Positions 1 through 15,100 of a DNA stretch of 64,000 bases are shown piece after piece (the first letter of the stretch is position 1; each line of letters begins with the position of its first letter). A program made the translations under genes and the position numbers. The notes beneath the pieces were generated by a model. It was given only the letters and a program-made list of their open reading frames with translations. It was not told the origin of the DNA and made no database searches. Origin of the DNA: Chlorokybus atmophyticus (lineage: Eukaryota; Plantae; Mesostigma and Chlorokybus algae); assembly GCA_009103225.1 (NCBI GenBank), contig RHPI01001737.1, forward strand, positions 248,001-312,000, given 5' to 3'.

Positions 1-104
1 ATTTCCTTCATTCTCTCGGCGGCACCTTACGCGTCGCTGCCCGACAATTGGACGCCTCTCGTGTAATCGCATTGTGTGACGGTTTAAGCGCGTGATTTAT
101 CACG

Positions 105-470
105 TTAACGCGTGACTTTGAATTTCTCGTGGACCCCTCGACGCGCTATCTTGACGACTTTCATTGGCAACCTCGTACGCACAATCCCAATCGGTGTCCA
201 CTTTTAAAGGGCTTATCCTAGCGGCCGCGTCACCTGTGTTAAACACACCGCTGCCGTTGCGGTACAATCTCAGCTGTTACTGCACTTAATGTTACGCGCG
301 CATGACCCGTCATGCTAGGTGCGTGACTTTCGATTTGTCGGGGAAGCCTTGCCGCGCTATGTTTATGCCTCCCATTCGAAACCTCGTACGCACAATATCA
401 ATCGGTGTCCACTTTGAACGGCGCCTCCCGCGGCCGTGTCATGTGCGTTTAAACACATCGCGGCCGTTAA
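105..470. repeat. Diverged direct repeat pair (~155 bp, offset ~210 bp)
   Basis: The core aacctcgtacgcacaat..caatcggtgtccacttt and its flanks recur at ~169-204 and ~379-414. Confidence 0.6.
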
Positions 471-762
471 CACATCAATTGACGGACGTAAAAAGACCAT
501 GAATGGTCCGTCAAGACTGGGATGTTCTGCTGAATGAGATTAGCAGACCGTATATGGCCAAACTGTTATTAACAGTCGGACCATGCATGGTCCAAATCTC
601 ATGTGAACGGTTCCATGTTTTGTTGGGGTCGCACCATGTATGGCCTCGTCAATTTCGATCCCGTCAGGACTAGGTAGCGTCCGGGCCGCCAACTAGAAAC
701 CAAATCATAGGATTGTAAACATTCAATCATCATTAGGCCGAGCGGACCACAAACCAAAAGAT

Positions 763-829
763 CTATATATTATAAATAGCATAGCATAGCATAGCAAATA
801 GCATAGCAAATAGCATTAATATATATATT

Positions 830-860
<31 letters not shown>

Positions 861-903
861 TATAAATAGCATAGCATAGCATAGCAAATAGCATAGCAAA
901 TAG

Positions 904-915
<12 letters not shown>
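763..915. repeat. (TAGCA)n/(TA)n low-complexity block, internally duplicated
   Basis: tataaatagcatagcatagcatagcaaatagcatagcaaatagcat occurs twice, separated by an (AT)n run. Confidence 0.85.
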
Positions 916-4214
<3,299 letters not shown>

Positions 4215-4490
4215 NAAGCGGGCAAGCCGCTGACTCAGGTGGTGGTTGTGTATGTATTTTTAGTTGTGTATGATCTTGCGTCGTGGAAGGCAGCATGCAA
4301 GTTGCTGCTTGCCTGCTTGTGTCAAGCTCGGCCGAACAGCTTAACGCAAGCAAGCATGCATGCTAGCTACCTGCTGCCGCTGGTGCTCGCTCGGCATGCC
4401 GGCTTGCAAGCTACCTACTCGCGTCAAGCTGCTCAGACGAGCAGCTTAACGCCAGCAGGCAGCTTGCGGCGTGCTATGTGGTGCTACTGC

Positions 4491-4741
<251 letters not shown>

Positions 4742-5880
4742 NGCGGTGCTGTCACAGTTGCTTTGAGCGCTGTGCGAGTTGGAGAGCTTGCCGAGCTGCA
4801 GAGATCCGTCACTTGTGAGCTGTAGGAGCCGCAGAGTCAAGGTGCCAGCAACCGCTTTAAGAAACGATGAAGGTAAAATTTCGGCTGAAAGACTGCGGCC
4901 AATTGCATGTGATGCTTGTGTCATTGAACGCAGCTGTTGGTATGTTGCATGCATTGTGGCAGATTTGGAGCACGGAGCCGGCCGATTTTATTTTCAATAC
5001 CTGGCTCGTGTTGCATGTCTGTATCTTCCATGCTATTTCCATGCTGTTTCACAAGCAACAAGTGTTATGACACGCCCGCAGGCCAGATTCTGTCCCTCCA
5101 CACATCAATGTTGCGCACATGCGTGTGGGAAGCTGTGATTGCATGAACTCCCGGGTTGGGGTCAACGAGCAGCGCTTGTGCTCCTCTATAGCATGCTTGT
5201 TCATCTCTTAGGCATGGTCGTTGTTAGGCATTGCATATGCTGCAAATGCAAGGTTAGAGGCTCAGAGGGTCACGATCAAGCAACATTTTCAACCTCGTTG
5301 CTGCTGCACAGCTCTCATTTCACGATGCGCGCGCCTGTGCAGGTGGTTTGTTCTCACTGCATCCATTGTAAAGTTTCCCCTGGACGCAAGGACAATCCGT
5401 TCTTAGCAAGTTACTTGTGTGTACGCATTTGTGCATGCGTTTTTGTATGCTTGTTTGTACCTGTCTGTGTGCGTACAGGCGAGCGCGGTCATATGTCACC
5501 GTGCGTGCGTTGTCATGTGCGTCTATTGTTGAACCTTTCAGCTTATAATAGTCTATGCAAACTGCAAGGATGACTGTTGTCTAACTAATTGTCCACTGCA
5601 GCCCTCTTGTTATTGTCATCCTCAGTCGGCCTAATGGTTGGCGGGTTGCTCATCTACTGGTCTATAATCAAGAGTTATTCTGAACTGATGGTCTGATGAC
5701 TTAGTTGTCGGTCTAAATCGCTGGTAGGCTGATCTCGTCTAGACCCTTATAGACTTGCTAGCTTGAGTCTGCTGTTCTAGATTTGTTGGTTTGCCAGGCT
5801 GCTGTTGTTCAGCGCTGGTCTTGGCTGGTTTGCAGGTCAAGTCTGCAAGGTGTCGCGACTGGCACACCTGGAGTTGGATT

Positions 5881-5926
5881 GGTTGTTATTGTGGTAGTTG
5901 TGGTTGTGGTTGTGGTTGTGGTTGTT
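5881..5926. repeat. (GTTGTG)n short tandem repeat
   Basis: Direct reading. Confidence 0.8.
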
Positions 5927-6657
5927 GGTCTAAGCGTATAGCTATGACTATATTTGGTATGTGCTTCTTTTGATAATGTTTTCTTGTATTCTTGTGTTAA
6001 GCATCGTAAATCAATCACATTGTCACATAATGAACATGATGTAACAGGTGCCAGTACTGGCACGTTCGAGCATTGGCACAGGTAATGCATATGCCAATGA
6101 TGGCACATGTTGTCATGCACCTATGCTGGCACAGCTAAATATGTGCCATGAATGGCATCAATGGCATTATCAAAATCCCTGCATACTGCAAGGATGACTG
6201 CTGTCTAACTGATTGTCCACTGCAGCCCGCCTTGTTGTCATCCCCAGTCATGTAACAGTCGGGGCCAAGTTTAAAAATTAGGACCTTTTTTGGCCCATTC
6301 ATCGAGCACCACGTTTTCATGACTTGTGGCGGTTATCGGCGAGTTGTGAGTCTGCTTCAGATATCGATCAAGGCCCAGGACCAGTCCGGAAGGTGCCGGA
6401 AATCGGAGGGCTCGACCAGATTTCTGGAAGGGCCGGGGGCCAAATAGTATAACTTAATCATTCTGGCAGCAAATGAGGAGATCTTTGGTGCGTAGGAAAG
6501 GTCTAGAAGTGTACTACAAGATTCTCTGCAAGATAAACTTGGCTTCTAGTTCCGTCTAGCGTTAGAATCGTCTAGACAGTAGCATGTGCAGATCGGTAGG
6601 TACAAAAGAGACATTTCACTATGTGCAAGGCAACCTTTAGCTCCCTAGTTTCTGGTG

Positions 6658-9126
6658 TGTAAGCTTGGTGGCTAGCAGGGGTTGCTAGCGTCCACTAGTG
6701 TGTGCTTGCTTGTGTGACGATCTAAGGCGCTACACAAATCGGTGTGTAGCTTCGAGCGCCTGCGCGTGCGTACGCGAGTGGCGGGGCGTGTGTGCTTGGC
6801 AGAGGGGGCAAGGGTTCCGGTGTGAATACCGTGCCTTGGTGAGAGGGTTGTTGATTGGACCAACTCACAGGTGACAAGGCACGCGCACCCTCACAAATGG
6901 TATCGGAGCGCACGGTTTACGAAGGTGAGAGAGGAAGTGTGTGGGCGTTTACACTTTTCATTCGGAAGCGGAGTGTAGTGTGTTAGTGGAGATAGAGGAT
7001 GCTCGCATGGAAGAGCTTCAAGCTGCCATCTTGGCATTGAGGGAAGAGCTTCATCACACTCAAGCGGCGGCACAAGCACAACGCGAGGCGTATGAGCATG
7101 CGATGGCGCGTGTACAAGTTTTCATGGCATCAAGCTTGCGCGTGCGTGTGAAGGTGCCAAAGCCCAAGGCATTGAAGGATTAACGAGATGGAGCTGCAGT
7201 AGATGAGTGGGTCTTTCAAGTGTTTTATTGGCTGAAGCTTACGGAGGTGCTCGCGCATCTACATGTCGAGGTGGCGGCAACGTTGCTCGAAGGAGCTGCG
7301 CTTGTATGGTGGATGCATCGGTGTACGCGTGTTGCAAGTGGGTTGGCGGCGCCATTCTCTACAATGGAAGAGGTGGCAGCAGAGGTCAGGCATCAATTTG
7401 TTCCCGCGGGTAGTGTGAAGGCCGCGTGTGATAAACTAACGCTTGTTCAAACCAAGTCGGTGATGGCGTACACAGCTGCGTTTCAGCATTGAGTGATGTC
7501 CATTCCCAACATGACCGAGGAGGAGCAGCTGAACAGGTACACCCATAGTCAAAGCCTCTTGTCCGAAGGAAGTGGAGCTCCGTGGCCCAAAAGGCTTTGA
7601 CTATGGGTGTACCTGTTCAGCTGCTCCTCCTCTGTCCGAAGGAAGTGGAGCTCCGTGGCCCAAAACCACTAGCCGATGCAAAACCCATTGCGGAGCGCCT
7701 GGATGCGTTGTATTTCAAGTCAACAACAACATAAAACTTTAATTGGAGGCGTGACCGTCAACGCGGGCCAAGCAACCAGGCACTAGAAGGCTTTGCGCGT
7801 GCTTGGAGGGGCAGAGAGTCGGCTTTTACACCCACACATGAGCATGGGGCTAGCTCGGGACCTACACTAATGGAGGTGGGTGCGATTGATGCGCGCAAGG
7901 GTGTGAGAAGGTCTACTCAGTGGCGTCCAGCTGGTGCTGTGCGTAAGTGGTACGTGTGTGACTCCACCGAACATCTGGTCTTCCAGTGTTCAAGGAGAGC
8001 GCGAGGAGATGCGCATGATTGATACATGCGTCGCACCAGCGTGAACGCGATGGAGCAATACGGCGTGCGGCAGGGAAACAACTGCCCTCAGTAGGTGCAG
8101 AGGCTACTACTGAGGATGGGAAGAAGCCTCAAGCATGCCCGGACTGTCCAACACGTTGCTCAAGCGAAGAGACTCATGACCACGGAGGCATGAAAACGAT
8201 GTATACTCCGAATGTGGTGAGTTATGTTAGTAAAGAAGCACGAAAGTACTTAGGAGTTCAAACACGCGTTTAAGACGGTGGAGGAAGATGGAGAGAGCGC
8301 AAGTTGATGATTAATCGTGGAGCAGTTTTATGGCGCAAGTTGTTGCACGGCGATTTGGATGGCTCTCGCCTTTACGTGGAGGAGAAGTCAGGCTCGCTAA
8401 TGGAAGAGAACCTTTCGGAGCTGAAGAAACGTCATTCACGACCAAAGAGCTGCAAGTCCGCTTGATTAGTTAAGGGAGTGAGCGCATGCGGTTCTACCGC
8501 ATCACATTGAAGAACGGTTTCGATGGAGTTTTGGATCTTCCGTGGCTACATAACACAGTCCAAGCATCGATTGGAGGCGACACCTGCTCTCACCATTCGC
8601 GGAGAGACCATACATGGCTTACGCAATTGCCCCATTGAAGGTGAAGACCACCCCAGCGACGACGGCATGGGCGGTTGTTCAGTTGCGTCGGGAAGACGCA
8701 GGGCGATCACGGCAAAGAAGAATGCAAGCATTGCGGGAGTGGACTTCGGAAGAGGTAAGCAGCCCGGTATGTCTGCAATTCCTCAGATATCATACGCGGA
8801 ATTAAAGAAGTTGCTATCCCCACAAAAGTCGAAAGGTGCATGGTTGTGCGTGGTGCGTGAGAAAGCGATCAAGACAGCTAATCAGACCGCCAGTGAAGCG
8901 GAGGCTACAACAGATCCTAAGGTGCGTGAACTCTTGAAAAAATTCAAGGGCATCATGGTGGACGGGCTACCACCCGGTCTACCACCTCTAAGAGATGTAA
9001 ACTATGTAATGAAGCTCGCTGATGGCGTTCACAAGCCACCGTACCGGCCCGTATTCAAGTTGTCGCCTTTTGAGCTTAGAGAAAAGGCGGAGCGACAAGC
9101 AGCGAACTTGCTTAAGCGCGGCACAT
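6658..9126 (+). mobile_element. Decayed Ty3/gypsy chromovirus copy 1 (LTR end, PBS, gag, protease, start of RT; truncated)
   Basis: The LTR ends ..ctcaca (6895) and is followed by the iMet-type PBS tggtatcggagc (6898-6909). gag and PR are homologous to the 21589-23700 copy (VKVPKPK, WWMHRC, VHKPPYRPVFKLSP) but carry stops. The left LTR edge is approximate. Confidence 0.85.
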
Positions 9127-11543
9127 TGTCGTGCCTGCCATGGCGGGTCACGCCGCCTCGGGCACACTGCAGACGAGCGCTCATGCCGTGGGCATGCTGG
9201 TGCTACGCGCGGCATTGGAGCAACACAAACAAAGACCACCCCCTAGACATAGGCATGGGCTCGGGGATGAACCTATGTGAGGATCGGTGAGTAGTAGAGC
9301 TGGTGACGCTGTCCTCCTTACTGTACCTACTGTGCTGTAGTACACACAGTCAACAAGCCACCCCCCCTGAAGTTCTGGGGTAGCCTCCTACTCCAAGACT
9401 CAGCTTTTATCGACTGTGTGGGGGACCGTTGATATGGCAGTCATCGCACCAATACTCCCACAGCGGCACCTTGTCTAATGAAGGGTTGAGGCAGTAACAG
9501 TGCATGCCTTGATTGCAGCCTTCACATAACAGCATCAATGGGTCGTTGTTGGCACTGCCACAATTCTCGCAGCCGGTGGTTCGCAACGGGTGCGGGTGTT
9601 GAATCTTGCCGAAGCCAGCAACGTGGGGAAGATGACAGGGCGCGCGGTTTACCATGTTGTCCTTCATGCGCTCGCCTTGTTGTCTTAAAAGGTACAATAC
9701 GCCTGTGGGATACACATTAAATACCTTATAGACAGCGCGCGCGACGGAGGTGTCGAGGGTGTCGTGTGTGGTCGTCATGGTGGACGAAGTCTCTTGGTTG
9801 GAAGCTGCATTTTTGCTCCTTGTAGAAACCGCTGCGCACGCTTGTAGCGAAGAGTGTCGCGGTGCTGAGCACTGCGCAGGGCCATGGGGACAATGTGCCT
9901 AAACAGCGCGCTGCGCGCTGCGCACTGTCAGATCATATAGCATCTCGTTGGGGTTGTCGAGATTGTCCACCACTGTCGACCTCCTGCACTGCGCGGAAAG
10001 GGAGCAATGGCTGCCTTCCAAATAGCAAATAGTACGGGCGATACTCCCGCAGTGCTGCGTGCTTGGACAGGCGGTACCCAAGTGCTACTCATGGGAGGTG
10101 GTCATTCCGTGTGTTCTTCTCGTAGTCGAGGACGTACTTGCGCAAAGCCTTCTTGATGGTCTGCACGGTATGCTCAGCGCGACCATTGGCTTGTGGATGG
10201 TCGCGTGAAGTGCGGCGATGGTCGATGAAGCATTTGTCCATGAGCTTATCGAAGGCTCCGCTAATCTGGGTACCTTGGTCGGGGATGACTTTAATATATC
10301 TGCCGGAGCGTCCGAGTACATGGGAGAGGAAAGCCTGATCTACTCCCTCGCTGCTTTTGTTGGGAAGGGGCACTAGCTCCACCCACTTGGAGAAGTACTC
10401 GGTCATTATGACATGGATGTAGCGGTTGCCTCGTGCTGAGGGCAATAAGTCCCGAGGATGTCCAGTCCCCAGCGGTTGAATAGTCCTGAGATGGGGAGAG
10501 GATGCAAGGTGGCGTCGAGCGTGTTGAGATTTGCGCGGACCATGTCACACTGCTGGCAGTCGCTGACAAAGTTGCGCACCTGTTTGTGCACCCCATACCA
10601 CTAGTACTAAGTCTTGATCCAAGTGGCCATGCGCTTGACACCGAAGTGTCCGAGCTCGGTGTGAATAGCAGCGATGATGCCTTCTCGCGCAGCTGGTGTT
10701 GGGACCTTCTTGTCCTCATTCTGTATCCGTTGATACAGCTTGTCGTTAGCCCAGCGATAGTGCAGAGTGCGTTGACTGACGCGGTCCTTCTCGCGCGGGT
10801 TCATGCCTGCTGAAACTTGTGCAGTTTTAAGCAGTGCGAGGGATGGCTTGTCAAGCCAGATGTCCTGCCGTGTGTCGGTGGGTGCCAAGTCCTCATCGTC
10901 CACCTCAGGGTCGACGACGAGCGCTTCCTCTGATAAGGGGTCGGTGACGGTGACGATGGGCTCGAGAGAAGGCACGTCCTCGTTTGATGCTGCCTCAGTG
11001 GCCTGTTTTTTTTGTCCTAAATGTGGCGCAGCGACAGCAAACATGGCCGCCTGGAGGTGCGGCTGCAGGACCCAATGTCGAGCTCCTGTCGCATCATTAG
11101 TGCTGAGGTGGGGGTTGCAACAAAGGCCGTCTTCGTCTTGGTTGGACAAGCCTGCCCAATGCTCCACATCAAAGTTATACTCCTGCAGCAGTAGTGCCCA
11201 CCGTGTCAGCTTGCCTGTCAGGTGTTGGGTGGTCAATAGCCACTTTAGTGGTCGGTGATTAGTTGGAACCGCCGTTCAAACAAAAAGGGGTGAAAGAAGG
11301 GGATGGCCCATGCTGCGGCGAAACACTTCCCCTCGTAGCTGCTGTAGTTGGCCTCAGCGCTGTTGTTGTTGCGGCTGGCATACGACACTACGCGCTCCTT
11401 CTTGTTGTCATTGTGCTGCACGAGCATTGCCCCCATGCCGAGCTTGCTTCAATCTGTGTGTAGGATGAATGACCTACTATAGTCAGGTCGCTAAAGAATG
11501 GGAGCTGTTGTGACTCCAAGCTTCAACTCCTCGAAGGCCTTGG
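9127..11543 (-). mobile_element. 3' half of the DNMT-gypsy family: RNaseH-integrase-PHD-PPT-3' LTR, decayed
   Basis: RNaseH (WALLLQEYNF), integrase Zn-finger and core (HTELGHFG, CQQC, TEYFSKW, HPQANGRAE) and a C4HC3 PHD are present. The PPT GGGGGGG precedes a ~235-bp LTR (9361->9127) that ends GGCACGACA and abuts chromovirus 1. Confidence 0.85.
9407..9778 (-). pseudogene. Integrase C-terminal extension with PHD finger
   Basis: CENC..LLCEGC..HCYC..WCDDC, a canonical C4HC3 motif at 9437-9571. Confidence 0.9.
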
Positions 11544-12113
11544 TGTCATGCCTACTGCCCACGCATACCAGCCTTCATCGAGCATGGCGACATCAAAACC
11601 ATCGCCCGGCCTACCAGCATACCAGCGCGCGCGCGTCACGGACCAGTAGCTAGGCCATGACTTCAGAGTTGCTCACGACCATAGCCTACATAGGCACCGC
11701 GCGTAGTTGTTCAGTTGTGAGTTCAGTTATAAGTTGTGCTCTATATCGAGTGACAATCGCTGTGGAAATACCCTCGATATGACCATTAGCTTATGTTTTA
11801 AACAGTCATGATTGACTTGTATAAGTAGTCCCAGTGTTCACCGGATGGTGACACTGTGAGTCAGAAAGCTAAGAGCTTGTGAAACGACTTGAACTGCAAA
11901 TACGCCATCCCGGATACCAAGAACCCCATCACTGTGTGAGAGCCTGTGCATGCTCGTGTATGCATCGTGTTTGTCATTGCTGTGAGCTTAGTGTGCCTGG
12001 TTGCAGTGGGCTTGTTGGCATCAGTCAAGGCAGTATCCACGTGTTGCTTGCTCATTCACCTCACTTAACAGTATAACACATTTTTCGCTCATGCAAAGAA
12101 CTGTATAAACAGC
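11544..12113 (+). repeat. Non-coding terminal-repeat-associated sequence of the DNMT-gypsy family (continues at 17889-~18074)
   Basis: Reverse-complement homologue of ~35608-36200. It starts TGTCATGC and is split by the 12114-17888 insertion. Confidence 0.7.
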
Positions 12114-15100
12114 TGTCGTGCCTTCCCGCATCGTGACTCGAACTCATCGTAAACCTCCTTGCCATGCATGTACGCATGCTATTATACACCATGAGACCAT
12201 GTCATGCTGCCTCATGCACCATCTCTCATCACATGAAGTTGACACACGCATGAAAGATGCGTGTCACCACGGACGCCATCCGGCACTATCTCATGGCCGA
12301 GATACGGGATGCGATCAGCTCCAAACAAGCACTTCTCCGGGTGACACCTCATGCCGCTCTCGCGCACGCGCTCGAACACGCGCTCCAAGTGCACGAGATG
12401 CTCCTCCATCGTGTGGCTAAACACCAAGATGTCATCTATGTAGCACCTTGCGAAGGGTAGACCACGAAGCACACGGTCCATCACACGCTGAAACTTCACA
12501 GGCGCATTCTTCAAGCCGAACGGCATGACCTTCCATTGGTAGAGCTGGTCCACTCCCCAAAACGCTGTCTTGCCACGATCCTCGGGCTTGATGGCGATCT
12601 GGTTGAAGCCCTGCCTCAAGTCCACGATGGAGAACACCTTTGCATCACCGATGTCATCAAAGATAGCCTCAGGGATAGGCATGGGGTACCGATCAGCCTT
12701 GGTCTTCTCATTGAGAGGCCGATAGTCACCACACATCCTTCTCGAGGTCCAGTTTCCTTGTGCATCTTTCTTCAACGGCAACACCGTCGCCGCCGCGAAG
12801 TCCGAGGTTGACTCCTCAATGAGTCCGGCCTCCAACAAGTCAGCACACTTTTCTGCCACAAACTCCTTCTCCACCTTGCTCAGCCGATACTGCCGACGAA
12901 AGATGGGCTCTGGAGAGGTCAACTCAATGTCCATTGTGTAGAAGTTGCAAACTCCCAACTCCTTGGTAGAGTAGGCGAAGCAGTCACGCTTGCGCGCCAG
13001 CAACGCCTCGAGCCACTCACGCTCATGTGGTGTCACATGCTCGCCTATACACCACTCCATGGTCTGGTCGGTGGCCTTCTCCTGCTTCAAGGCACCATCT
13101 ACAGCCGCTTTCTTGCCACTTGCAGCTGTCACAGGCGAAAAAGACACCCCCTTACTCTCCTCATCATGTACAACCTGCTCCCACCCCCTCGACAGAGGCG
13201 CAGGCTCCCGACGCGCTTGCTGTCGCATCGGCATGATGCTTGCCACCAACTCTTGTGCCGCCAAGCAGACAACCATCAGCCACACCATGCTGTTCTGGTC
13301 CATGGCTTGTCCTAGCAGCACACGGCGCTGTTGTTCACTTAGTCCCGGCGCCGCTGTCGCACCGGACAAGAACCCCATCGCACGCTCGCGCTCACCAGCT
13401 GTTGGCTCTTCCAACCTGCTGTTCTGTGAGTCCCACACCAGCCCTGGCCCTCCCTTGCGGAATGCATAAGAGCCTGGGTATGTCACCAATGTCGGCAGCG
13501 CCGCCATGTCGTGCCCGACCTGGTTCACCACCTCTTGAGGCGGCCGATCAGCCTTGCTGACCTGTTGTGCTGTGCGCCCATGCTCCAGCACCTGGTTGAC
13601 TGTCAAACCTTGCGGTCTAGAGTACTCTTGCTGCACCGTGCGAAGCAACTCAACCGGCGCGAGGTTTGTCCACTTCACACGCAGCCGATGCGCGCGCGAA
13701 CCATGCCGTGCTGCATCCATGACCAGCTCATGGCCTAGCACATGTCTCACCAGCTGATAATCTTCTCGCACGCGCTTGCGCTTGTCATCTTCAGCTGGTA
13801 CATTCTCGACGATGTACGCCATGGGCTGCTCTTGTCCTTGCTGAATCATGTTGATGATGCGCACTAACTCCCAAAACAATGACGAGCGCGCATCCATCAA
13901 TCCTTTGCCATGACCAGCCCGTGAATGCCCTTGGCATTCCCACCCGGCTACAAGCAAATGCACATGGCCGATAGCTGCAAGTTGATGTGGCCCTATCAAG
14001 CAAATGTCTTGCGGCCATGTGCTTTGAAAGCCCTTCACCGCATCCTCATGTAGCAGATCTGGATACTTCTTCAACAACATCCTCACATGATGTTGTGCAC
14101 CTTGTTGCGCCGTTGGCGAAGGGTCCACATAGATATAGCGCCGCACCTTGATGCCGGCGTTCAACGCGGCCGCAAGCCCACTTGCAATGCCACCGAACAG
14201 CTCCACCATCACAACACCCTCCTCGGGGACCTTCCACTCGACGGTGCTGTAGTTGATAGGCGGATGAACAGCTCTCACACCCTCGGGCAGCAATGGCGGC
14301 TCCAATGCCATCACATCCTTCATCCATGCTTGGCTAACCTTGTCTTGAGCCTCTTGTTGCCGCTGAGCACGATGTTGTGAAGCCAACTCCAGCTCTTGTG
14401 ACTGAGTTTGCGCCATATAGACCAGCTCCGGAGGTCTCCCCTCCTCCATGTGTGCGAGGACACTCTCCCCCTCCTCCACATGGTCATAGTACATGTCGGT
14501 GCTGTCACCAAGCCATCCCTTGACTGAACGGCGACTCAAGCACGCCCACACAGCAGATGCAGAGGTTGGAGACCTCTCAAGACCCCCTTGTGTGATGCTC
14601 AACGGAAAATAGGCCTTCTCCCCTCCACCCACACGCCAACGCGGCCGAAAGAACCCTTGTTCGATCCAATTGTCAACGCCGCCGCCGACGGGGAACAAGA
14701 AGTCTTGTCCGAGCAGCACATCGTACCCCTTTGCATCCGTGATGAGGCATCGAACCTTGAAGGACGTGGTAGCACCTCCCACCGCAGTCAAGCATATGTC
14801 CACCGGCTGCACCGTTATGCCGCACACGGCCTCTACGGTCCCCGCCGAGGTATTGATCATGACCGGGCATGGCTCCCACTCCTTGGGGCTGAGTCCCATC
14901 CCCTTGACAGCTCTAGCACCCAAAATGACAGGTTGTGCACCTGTATCCACCAAGACAACATCTGGCACGAAGCCGTCTAGGCTGATGTGCCCCCCACGGT
15001 TGTCCACCATCGCCACATTCGGCGATATCTTCTCTCTCAAGGCCGGCCGAGTGGCGGGAAGCATTGCCAACATCCCTCCTACACTCCCCACACCTTCCTC

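Noticed and set aside
13270-14215. Methyltransferase as bacterial or phage contamination, or as a host DNMT gene
   Set aside because: It is in frame between retroviral PR and RT, repeated in three element copies, has DNMT3-like motifs, and sits in a window with intron-containing genes.
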